Position numbers and translations under genes: made by a program
From: Botryllus schlosseri
Taxonomy: Eukaryota
DNA: 64,000 nucleotides
Reading direction: 5' to 3'
NCBI GenBank assembly: GCA_051294905.1
Contig: CM119372.1
Span: 12,834,001 to 12,898,000, forward strand
Shown here: in pieces, positions 54,410 through 64,000 of the stretch
Layout of the letters: each line of letters begins with the position of its first letter
How positions within the stretch are numbered: position 1 is the first letter of the stretch
Notes under the pieces: generated by a model
What the model was told of the DNA's origin: nothing
The model's database searches: none
Seen by the model: the letters and a program-made list of their open reading frames with translations, nothing else

Positions 54410-57132
54410 TTAGTTGACGTACTGCAGTGGATGATATTGACTTAATTTACTATTGAATCGGAACCAAGAGCTATTCTGTTGCAATTGAGTAGAACACAGA
54501 AGTCTATGTAGACTGAGACTACTCACATCTATGTTCTGACTACGCAGTGCCTGCATCTCCTCAGCAATGCTTTGCTTGGCATCCACCGCTTTTATCCTGT
54601 TGCTGTGGTGAAGCATTATACCATCTGACGATGCGATTTTGTCCAAGAACTCTAAAAAGCATATATTTGTGGGGTCTGCAAGTATTCGCTATAAGATTGG
54701 TTCAGGCGAAAGATGTAGGAAGTCAATTTCCCATAGCCTGTGCTATAATTGAGATCTCATGTTCACCATTAGCAATTCTTCAAACAGAACATAATCAATA
54801 TTTGAATGGTATACAGGGACGCATAATATAGAACAGGGGATGAAACCAAGTTGTCATTGTGACAGACTGTAAAACTGCATGTAGCTGCAATCAATCATTC
54901 ATTTATCAGTATTGCATATTGATCATTTCAAGACATCGTACAAGGATATTACTATAGAGCAAAAAATAGAAAGGTATTGAAATACTCAGTGCAATACAGA
55001 ACACCAAGCTCTACTTCAAAAAATATGATGCAACAACAATGCTTTGATTTCAAAAATTCACTGTGAATGGTATTTGATGCGAATACAATAAAACAAAGCC
55101 ATATTCCTTAATATATATACGCATTAATTTTAAAGCATATCACTCTGTTACATTTTTATTCTCTTATATTACCATGTGGTATTGACCAAGTCACAACAGT
55201 TGAAGTCTGGAAAGAAAAACTATTTTTTTACAGTACATAATATTTAGAAGTCAAACTCACCTTGCCTAGGGGCGTGAAACATATTCTCCTTGAATCGTGA
55301 CGGCAATTCCTCATTCGAAACAATATGATCGCAGAACGCATTCAATTTCCCCTCATAATCATTCATGGCGTTTTCAATGTTGCCGAATATTTCCACATCC
55401 AAAGCTAAGAACAACTGACTCAAGGAGGTTAACATACAATGATGTCAGCAAACAAGGCAGATGGGGATATGCCTTTATCCTTACTGTCGATGCTGTAGAT
55501 AAGTAAAACACAAGAGGCCAAAACGATTGTGATAAAGGATACGGACTGAATCTTTTATTATTCCCAGTAGATTATCTTTCTGCCAGTTCTTCAGATCAAT
55601 ATCGGATAAATCAAGTTTTCCTTCAGAAGTCAATCTCTGTGGCCACTCATCCTACATTGACACATCAAAAACACATCTTGAAAATGTTTTTCTGTTTTGG
55701 CAATCACCCCCACTTACGATATATTCATCTTTTAGAAAATCCTCAAATGTATCAGGCGGCAACTTCAGTTCTGTTGGATCCCCACTCGATTCCGTTGCAT
55801 CAGTCGAACTAATTGTAGCCATCAGTGCGGCGATCTTTGGATCGGAGAGGGGGTCCCGAATCGTAGTCGAGGAATACATTATGTACGATGTATATTCCAC
55901 AGTGGGATCGCCAATTATTATTATATGCTACGTAATCAGCTAAATTACATGTTTTGAATAAATCTGATGACAAATACCAGTGCATTACGTTTCTTCACGG
56001 GGAAGATTCGAAAATGCCAGTTTTAGTCATCTAAATATCAGTATCACGGTATATTTCTCAGGTTGATGAATACTACAGGAAAAATAATCTTGTTACAAAA
56101 AGGCATAATAGAAAAATCGTGCAGTAGCATGTGGCTGCTATTTTCTGAATTTTGCAGTGCTATGATCCATTTTACGAGTCTAAAGCAATATATATATATA
56201 TTTATATTAAATAGTTCTATACTTCAATATGAATCCATTTGCTACACTATAAACCATGGAATCAAAATAAAACAGAGAAAAACCAGCCATAAAAATTGCT
56301 GTCACCAAAATTCTGCATGAGTTAAGCGTACCTCGCTACCGCTTGTTGCTACTTGAGTTATTCGTTCACGCTCTGATGAATACAAGTTTCGGATCAATGC
56401 CTTCATCCCAAAGAGATGGCCAGATACCACTGAGCCAGATACCGAATTTTCGGAATCGCACTCTATGCGGCTCCGGCAGAAAATTCGAAATTCAGAGTCC
56501 GTAAAAATACGGCTAGTCAATTTCCAATTCAGAGTCCGAAATAATCCTGCTAGAACCAAGCCAATTTGTCATTTTCCAGTGAAAAAAATCCTGATAAAAT
56601 CCGACATTCAAAGCAAATTCAAAATCCGGATCCAGTCCGGTTACATTAAAAATCTAATAAATCCTGTTCCTATTCCGCTACTGAGCCAGGTCGTGGCCAC
56701 CTCCGCTCCGTACCCTCTGAACAGATCGCATACTGCATGCATCATTATCGAATGTTAACGATATCGTATCATCATAGTAATTTACAGCTGCTGAAGACAT
56801 GCTGAAGCTACATGCTGAAGACACGCATTGTACAAAATTCTAGTTTACTAACCTACTACTAACCTTTCCATTATATCACAATCTCGTGGTGCACTGGTTT
56901 GATAAAAAAAATTCATAAAATGATGATGCAGGTTACTAATCTGTAGTAAAACGCGATACGCAATACACAGTGCAATGTAATAATAAGCAGATGGGAGAGT
57001 GTTAAAATGACAAGTTACATCCACCTCGGCCTGGTGCCCGATGTTACAGAGTTTGATCTTGATCTTTTGGCCGTCTTTCATTAGAAGCCCTTCCTTTGTC
57101 TTTTCATTCGATTCCGTGCATACGCACTTCAT
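54410..57132 (-). CDS. Uncharacterised multi-exon gene; model complement(join(54410-54475,54527-54651,55261-55404,55543-55651,55718-55927,57019-57132)), 255 aa
   Basis: Six open segments with GT-AG boundaries and mutually consistent phases (0,0,1,1,0). Introns include 66-nt and 51-nt ones, and three donors are GTAAGT/GTGAGT. Reads MKCVCTESNEKTKEGLLMKDGQKIKIKLCNIGHQAEVD|HIIIIGDPTVEY..DEYI|DEWPQRL..KDSV|PLDVEIFGNIENAMNDYEGKL..PRQ|EFLDKIASS..SQNID|NSSWFRFNSKLSQYHPLQYVN*. The exon 3 donor (GTATCC) and the 3' end are uncertain. No homolog recognised. Confidence 0.68.
56411..56705. mobile_element. Degenerate Ac-like hAT MITE in intron 1 of the unknown gene
   Basis: Imperfect inverted ends gagatggcca / tggccacctc, internal ccggatcc/atccg/accgaat motifs. 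No clean TSD. Confidence 0.45.
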
Positions 57133-57343
57133 CGCGTCTTTCTATGAGCATTTTTAAAGATGCGCTACTACAAGAACGAACGACACAGAATGAGAGGAGC
57201 CCTGTAGAGAAGTGTGTTTTAATTTCGTCTGCGCCGAGGACGTAGGCTACTTTTTATAATGGAGGCGTAAATCACGTAATAGAGCATTTGGTAGGTATAA
57301 GGTTATCGAGTCAGCACCACCAACTTTTACTCCTCCACATATA

Positions 57344-57664
57344 TAGGATTACCATATTTTGGAATAGGGAAAGGAGGACACTTCTTCAAAATTTTCAAAC
57401 TTAGAATACCGGAGGAAAATCGTTAGAGAATGGTAAATTTTTCTCACTGTCGACTAAAAAAAAATTCAACTTTCCTGCTCAGCTCCCGAAAAGCCACCGG
57501 AGCGTTACTTCAGTGCTGATTTACTGTATCTCAGTCGAGTTTGCCCTACATTTAACAGAAATTCTCAAAAAAAGAGCACGAAATCTCAAAAAGGAGGACA
57601 TTTTTTCAAAAACCTGAAAAAAAAGAGGACAAATCACCCTAAAGGAGGACGTATGGTAACCCTA
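57344..57664. mobile_element. hAT MITE, 321 bp
   Basis: TIRs taggattaccata / tatggtaacccta. TSD cacatata / caaatata (7/8). Subterminal (g/a)gaggac repeats. Confidence 0.85.
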
Positions 57665-57739
57665 CAAATATATATAGGTCTAGCTCTGTCTTTGTTTAGA
57701 CATCGAAAAAGAGAGTATCTAAGATTTCAATTATAAATT

Positions 57740-58005
57740 AAATTTCGCCTAAAAGTGCTTCTTTCGAGAATGTCCTGATGTCTGCGTCGTTCCGATTAAG
57801 GACATTGTTCATCAGCGTTGCGGAGGGTCTTCCTTTTTTTGTTCTCCTTTCACCTTCAAAGGTTATTGATTTCACGACACTGTCATTAGGCTTTCGTGTT
57901 ATGTGTGCCATCCCGAAATGCTGAGAAGCCGCGAATACCAGTTTCACGTTCAAGTCTTTGGCCTGACTCGGCCGGGAACTGAACCCACGATCTACCGACC
58001 AAGAA
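57740..58005 (-). mobile_element. tRNA-derived SINE with an RTE-LINE-like tail
   Basis: Pol III B-box-like ggttcagttcc (57985-57975) followed by ccggccgagtcaggccaaagactt. The tail translates FEGERRTKKGRPSATLMNNV, like the R.GRP..W.D.V end of RTE ORFs. A-box not seen. Confidence 0.55.
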
Positions 58006-58154
58006 GCCGGGTTGCGATTGCGAGCGATGTCGATATCACAAAGATAGAAGCACTGCTGTAGAAGTACTAAACCCCTGATTATGATGCTATATTAAAACAC
58101 GGCTGGTCGCGCGATCTTTTCAATACTAAGGATGGTCTGAAATTTAAGTATCAT

Positions 58155-58160
58155 TTTATT
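58155..58160 (-). promoter_or_regulatory. Candidate polyadenylation signal (AATAAA) for BLTP2
   Basis: First AATAAA noticed on the minus strand after the stop, about 310 nt downstream. Confidence 0.4.
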
Positions 58161-58471
58161 CATATAACGACAGGCTCATATGTTCGGACACAGTATCGAG
58201 TAACAGTCATCTCATGTAATTCGCCTTAACTCACTCATCAAATGGCAGCAAGATAAAAATACACTAACCAAACCCGCGCAAGCGTCTAAAATATACATAT
58301 CGGCGTAAATACCGGCATCAGCAGATAACTGATTGTATTGCTCAAAATATTGCGCAGCTACACAGCGGGACGTTGCATAATCGATGTCGAAAGAAAAACG
58401 CATACACGCATCACAATAAATAAGAGCTCATTCACAGAGGATCGCCTGTCGCCCAGTTATGTAACTCGGTT

Positions 58472-58726
58472 TCATTTTTTCTTTTTAAAAATCTTAGAAG
58501 AACCCTTTTTGAAGCTTTTCCGCAGACTGTCGTTCCTCTTCACGTTGGCACCGAACAGCATCTTAATCTTGTCGTCTTCGCGTTTCCCGTCCACGGCGTC
58601 CGACTCGAGACTGGACGGCGTCGGTAGCGTCGACGCACTTCTGCTCATAGAGGACGCGACCAGCCGGTGTTCCTTCTTCTCCTTGTGCGAGTGTGAGCTT
58701 CCGAGGTGGAATTTCTCTTTGATCAC
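58472..58726 (-). CDS. BLTP2: Bridge-like lipid transfer protein 2 (KIAA0100/hobbit/FMP27 family), terminal exon
   Basis: VIKEKFHL..EDDKIKMLFG..KKGSSKIFKKKK* corresponds to the human C-terminus (VIKEKLRL..EEEKARLLIG..KKSIFGRRK). AG acceptor at 58727-58728, phase 0. Confidence 0.9.
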   Translation of the reverse strand: MIKEKFHLGSSHSHKEKKEHRLVASSMSRSASTLPTPSSLESDAVDGKREDDKIKMLFGANVKRNDSLRKSFKKGSSKIFKKKK

Positions 58727-58937
58727 CTGTCGGCGCGAGTCGGGCGACAAAAAATAAGTGCCGGGTAAGTTTTTGACATATTTCTATATTAGTAACAGCG
58801 CCCACTACTTCGAAAATCAATCGGACATTGCAAAGTTCCGAATTATTAACCAGAGCACAGGAAAATGTGATTTTTAAATCGCACCCCTCTGGATAATACA
58901 TCATCAAATGTATTGAGATTCTCAAATCAATATTGAC

Positions 58938-60095
58938 CGGAGGTGGTCAGGAACGAAGTACTTCTACTTTTTCGAAGTACTCAAGTAGTTTTGCTCTACT
59001 TCTGGTACTTACTCAAGTAGATTTGATTTTTGCTACTTCTACTTCATAATATTTTGTGATCTACTTACTTACTTTTCGCTATTTTCAGTTTTTCAAGTAG
59101 AAGTAGTTCAATCTTCCAATCAGAAAGATAGCCTGAGCCTGAGGAATTTCGGGGCTGTTTTCATAAAGTACCAACATTTAATTTCCATAAAATTAGAGTA
59201 AAGCCCAGAATTTTCGTCGCGAAAGTATCGATGAATATAATTTAGGTAGCGGGTTGGCGTGATTCCGTTCACACAGGGATATCTAGAACTAGATATCTAG
59301 ATATCCCTGAGTTCACACCACATTGTCGCCCTTCGCCTATATGAAATAATTCATCGCAGTATATATGGCTCATCATAACGTTTGAAACTGATATTTCGCA
59401 ATCTAGCATTTACTTGCCATATCGTAATCTAGCATGTCCATGGCGCTTCCTAACCTGGAAAAGTGGACTCTGACATTTTCTGTTAGTTTTAGAGCTGTTT
59501 CAGCATACCACCACCTTTGAAACTTTCTGGACTAAAGGCATGAAAAACGTGTCACACTTTTAGAAGTAGTATTTATGTTTCATTTCCAATTCCCACTATC
59601 ATATACTTTGAGTTATAATTAATATCAGTTGTTTTGTATGGATAGCATGATACATGTTGAAGTATAAAAGCTACACTACGGACCTTATAATATGGGGCAT
59701 GGCGCCATACCATGCTATTTCTACAGCGTGCTGTTCGAGAAAACAGGATAAGTATCGCATTTCCATATCAATCCTATCATTTTCATCCCATGATGTGGAC
59801 GAATGCTTATGCTATCGAAAATTAATGTCTGCTGGTATGCGTCAATGTGAATCAAGCTCGTCACCTTTCGCATAGCTCAATTTGTACCTTTATACAATCC
59901 ATGTGAACAAATTCGGATCGTTTTCAAAACTACTTACTTACTTGAGTACTTTTAAAGTCAGTCAATTCTACTTCTACTTCAAGTAGTTTTAGGTTGCTTA
60001 TGGAAGAAGTACTTCTACTCGTACTTGAGTAGATTTTTTCGTCGCTACTTCTACGTCTACTTGAGTAGCTTTCTTGACTACTTTGACCACCTCTG
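58938..60095. mobile_element. Non-autonomous hAT element (1158 bp) in the last BLTP2 intron
   Basis: TIRs cggaggtggtca / tgaccacctctg. Perfect 8-bp TSD atattgac at 58930-58937 and 60096-60103. Dense tacttc/aagtag subterminal arrays. Confidence 0.92.
59274..59309. mobile_element. TIR-only hAT mini-element, copy 2 (36 bp)
   Basis: Perfect 13-bp inverted ends cagggatatctag / ctagatatccctg. TSD cgttcaca / agttcaca (7/8). Confidence 0.75.
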
Positions 60096-60218
60096 ATATT
60101 GACGCCACAAAAGCAGAAGGAACTTTCAAGCCTCAGAACAGGCCTACCAGTGTGAAAATGTTACAAGCATCTTGAATCACAGGAAAACAACATCAAAGCT
60201 TAGCACTGCAACACACAC

Positions 60219-60359
60219 CTGGGAAAGAAGGGTTTTGGTGCAGTCCTTCTTGATAGCCATGGCTAGATCGTGCCAAGTCCACGTCATGTTGTGATAGACC
60301 AGCATCGGGATGGTGAGTTGAAAATCGCGGATATCTTTGAAGTTGTTTTCTTTCTGACC
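60219..60359 (-). CDS. BLTP2: BLTP2 exon
   Basis: GQKENNFKDIRDFQLTIPMLVYHNMTWTWHDLAMAIKKDCTKTLLSQ matches the family motif [20 protein letters not shown]. Phase 0/0. Confidence 0.95.
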
Positions 60360-60388
60360 CTGCTCCACAAATGCACATGTATAACTCA

Positions 60389-60565
<177 letters not shown>

Positions 60566-61071
60566 TTATGTGCAGCTAAGCAAGTGCCGTGACCTTTATG
60601 GGAAAACATCATTATGAACAGAAATGGATAAAATTGTCAGCCTGGCTACTTGAAAAATTGCAAATGAACCTTATCGACTGAGGCAAAACGAAAAATGAAA
60701 CCGCAAATAGGTGCAATGGTGAAGTTTCCAAAAACATATTCAGTTACGTCGGGAGTGCATATACAAAAAATACAAAATACAAAGTGAAAAAAGTAAGTAA
60801 TAAAAAAACAACCATTTGAGCAAGTAGAAGACTTCGTTACTGATCATGATCACCTCTGGGTACGGACACGATAATTTTAGGGTTTTATTCACTAAAAGCC
60901 AAGCTGTCTACCGAAAAAACAACAACGTCCAGACGTATGGTAAATTACAAATAGGCTTACGACTAATGGATCATCAAGCAGAAGGATGAAAATTATCAAA
61001 AACAAAAGAACAAAATATTTAAAAAATCAGATGCGAAACTAAAGTAGAAACCACGGTATCACGATAATTAC

Positions 61072-61361
61072 CAGTTTTTGCGGGATGAGGTCGGGGTGTC
61101 TCTGTCTTGAGACTTGGCCAGCGACTGCGAGGACGAAGACAAAGGTTTCTGCTTCGAAGGGGAAGGCGGCTTTGGCTTTTGCGTCGGCTGATTGCTGGCC
61201 GAGCCCGCGTTCAGCCCGAGCAGAGACGCGTTTCTGGTATCTTTGCTGACACTTTGCAAGTCGGCGTCCTCCTCGGCAGAGTTCTTGCCGGGGAAAAAGA
61301 AGGTCATCATGCGCTTGAAGAACTGGTCGGTCAACTGGATGATGAGCGGCACGACGTCAAA
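61072..61361 (-). CDS. BLTP2: BLTP2 exon
   Basis: FDVVPLIIQLTDQFFKRMMTFFFPG matches [25 protein letters not shown], then a low-complexity linker. Phase 0/2. Confidence 0.93.
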
Positions 61362-61727
61362 CTGAAAATTAACGGTACAATGTCAAATAACGGAGCGACA
61401 AAGCTGGGCACATAGGAAAGAGAAAAATCAAGTGTCTTCATTAACTACTTCAGTGGTTGCCAACCCGGGTGACAGATGGACTATTCAGGTGCGCTGCAAG
61501 AAAATGAGGAGGATTGCCTTTGACAAATAACGCAAATTACAGACATCGAATTATGAGTAGCATTTTGGCGAGCTGATTACTAAAAAAAAGTCTATGACCA
61601 ACAATGGGACCAGAATGTAATCAGTCAGATACCCAATTTTGCTTAGTGGCAGTCTATAATAAACAAAACTGGAAATGACGTCATCCATTCGTCACCACCA
61701 ATTTTATCCAAGGCACGGTTTTCGCAC

Positions 61728-61955
61728 CTCTAGAAGTTCCTTGACAGATATCCCGCCGACCGGTGGCTTGGCTTTGCAGAGTGCTCGAAGAGCAAGCCGC
61801 CGGCTGCCGCTTCCCACCACGGTATACGAGTTGCTGCCACCCGGATCACCCTGCGGCTTCAACACGTCCGCGTAAATCGAGTTGGGTAGCAGATTTTGCA
61901 GCCACAGCCAGCCCAATTCGAAGTGGTGCTCGACGGCGTCGTCAGTTTTATTGAT
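61728..61955 (-). CDS. BLTP2: BLTP2 exon
   Basis: INKTDDAVEHHFELGWLWLQNLLPNSIYADVLKPQ..RRLALRALCKAKPPVGGISVKELLE matches the family PPVGGISVKEHFE segment. Phase 0/0. Confidence 0.95.
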
Positions 61956-62126
61956 CTGCGGGGCAAAATGGACACAGTGATTGAGAGTTCAAAGACAGGG
62001 AGAAACGGGTTGAGACCAAGTGTAGAGACTCGAGTCCGAGTTCGAGTCATAGAGTTCACTGGTCATTATCGGTTTTTTGCTCAGGTGTAGCATAGGATAG
62101 ACGGGAAGCAAAACACAGGCCTTTAC

Positions 62127-62331
62127 CTTTTCGTAGAGGAAATTGCGCAGTTCGAATTTGGCTATCGTCAGCTGTCCGTCAGCGTCGGTGAGATGCCACT
62201 TGACTTGCGCAAAGGACACTTCCGTTCTTCGTGCCACGGCTGCGTCTTCCTCCCATTTCTTTTCGACCTCCGAATTCTCGCTGGGCGCCGACGATCTGGT
62301 TTTTTGCTTCAGGTACAGTTCCTTGAAGCAT
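62127..62331 (-). CDS. BLTP2: BLTP2 exon (most 5' exon found; the gene continues beyond the window or in exons not recognised)
   Basis: (R)CFKELYLKQ..RRTEVSFAQVKWHLTDADGQLTIAKFELRNFLYEK matches [35 protein letters not shown]. Phase 2/0. The six exons give 414 C-terminal residues. Confidence 0.93.
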
Positions 62332-63373
62332 CTGCAAAAATCCAGACAGAGGAATTGTCTGTCAATCCATATTTGATTCACACATGCGGCAATGCATTGT
62401 GGGGAGTAATTTTGTTTCGCGATACTGTCAAATTCCCTTGGATGTTGAAGCGATATCTGGCACACAGACAAAACAGAAAATTACATTATTTTTAACGTTA
62501 TTAGCTAGAAGAGGTTGTCAACTGGTCGGTGATGGATCAGTCCTAACTGTTATGAGTTGCGGTAAACGGTCGGAATTCTCGCTTGAAAATGCGTCTCAGT
62601 GGAAGTTACATATGTAAAATTGAGAAGTGTATAGTCAGTCACCACAAAACATTCGCCTGCAACACTTTGTAATGTAGAGCGTTTTGGAGGTACAGACCTT
62701 CAGTATGCTATTGAATCGTGTATTCATATTGAAATATTTGGGTTCATTTCAATATGAATATACTATACAATTGTACTTCGTAATGTGTGGCCGGTTGGTT
62801 GACAGGACGATTATTACATGATAGTTTTACCATTCAGTATCTTTACAAGCAAATATTCAGACTTGTATTGGATATAATCAGCCCACGTCTCATCATCCAG
62901 TGCAGTGATCACACAATGTACATTACATTGCCTATCAAAAAGAGTGATTGTCGTTCCTAGTCACCGTAAACGTTGGTAAATCATCCTAGAAGTATACTTA
63001 AGAAATTGCCTTTCACATCGTGCCGTAAACTAATGAGTAAGGAAAATAACAAGCCTTGGTAACGCTTGGCTGAGCAAGGCGAGTTCTCCTTGCTTAACAA
63101 TTTTTCGGGGGAAGAAGGTCCTCCGCGGTCCTAGGCCTACTTTGCCTAGGGCTGAGTGCGGGATCTATCCCCTTCCTGAGGAAACAATCTAGAGATTCTG
63201 GATGGGCACGCCAGGCTGTGGCGATGGCATTCAACTGTAAGATTCAGTAATAACATCTATGCGTGGGGCCCTAAAACGAACTCACTGAACCTCGATTTTA
63301 ATTACGACCCATGCACAGAATATGCAATAGAACACGTCACTGTCTGTGCATTGAGTGGTAACAACGGCTAGAC

Positions 63374-63470
63374 CAGGGGTCACAAACAAGCGGCCTGCGG
63401 TTTTACAGCCCGCGGACTGATATGAGATTACGGCAGCACGCTATGCGGACTGATATGAGATTACGGCATT
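63374..63470 (+). mobile_element. Left end of a Charlie-like hAT element, with a 24-bp internal duplication
   Basis: caggggtcacaaac..cggcctgcgg..cagcccgcgg start; gcggactgatatgagattacggca occurs twice. Right end not found in the window. Confidence 0.4.
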
Positions 63471-64000
63471 TTGTAATGCCGAAATTGATTCCAGTTTCAA
63501 AATATTGTTATTGTTGTTCCAAAATAAGCTATTCGCTTGTGTCCAACATCATTATTCCTCACTAGCTGAAAGGTCTTTGATTAAGGCAAAGTCATTCAAT
63601 CGAGGGAGAATCAACTGATATAAATAGACAATAGACATATTGCCTTGATGTGCAATTGCCCAGACACTGCCAAGAACGAGACTCTTAAAAAACTTGGTGT
63701 TTCCCCACAAGATCAAAATTAGGAGGAGACAGCTTTTCAGCCAGCAACGTGTATCGCTAGCCCCAATATCGATTCTTTAGTCGCTGATAAGCGTTATCAG
63801 GTAGGCCTATTGTCCACAGCTCAGAGTTAAAAATAAAATGAATTTCATAATCATGATATTTCTTGTCCCATTTGTACTTACTTCTTTTGAGGTAACTACA
63901 TACCCACCGCTCATTTTGGAGAGCACAGTGTTGTGCTGATGTAAAGTTTTGAAAGCGTGGTTGCTCAACTGTGTGACCTATTTTTTCTCGATACTGCATT

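Noticed and set aside
57960-58010. tRNA gene
   Set aside because: Only a B-box-like motif, with no cloverleaf or A-box; better explained as a SINE head.
62332-63999. Further BLTP2 exons, including ORF 63757-63999 and the GC-rich patch 63050-63270
   Set aside because: No segment gave BLTP2-like sequence with the required phase-2 donor; the next exon is probably outside the window.

Overview
Eukaryotic, AT-rich, intron-containing genomic DNA with no obvious CpG depletion. It looks like an invertebrate animal, and the 51-66 nt introns and repeat types would fit a tunicate (inference only). Three spliced genes can be read. (1) A complete three-exon fibroblast growth factor gene on + (26709-29452, 203 aa, canonical FGF intron phases, most like FGF3/7/10/22); its first exon stays open in frame for 186 more codons upstream of the signal-peptide ATG. 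(2) The last six exons of BLTP2/KIAA0100/hobbit on - (62331 to 58472). (3) An unrecognised multi-exon gene on - just downstream of BLTP2 (57132 to about 54410, possibly to about 52000). The rest is a roughly 25 kb gene-poor region upstream of the FGF plus a dense repeat landscape. That landscape includes a decayed RNase H-bearing I-group LINE, Penelope-like fragments, SINE/LINE tails, an 80-bp minisatellite, and many non-autonomous hAT elements with 8-bp target-site duplications (a 619-bp fold-back, a nested composite, two tiny TIR-only palindromes). No prokaryotic features, CRISPR arrays, rRNA or intact tRNA genes were seen. The most interesting leads are the possible N-terminally extended or membrane-tethered FGF, the TIR-only mini-elements, the inverted-repeat-flanked 80-bp array and the orphan gene.
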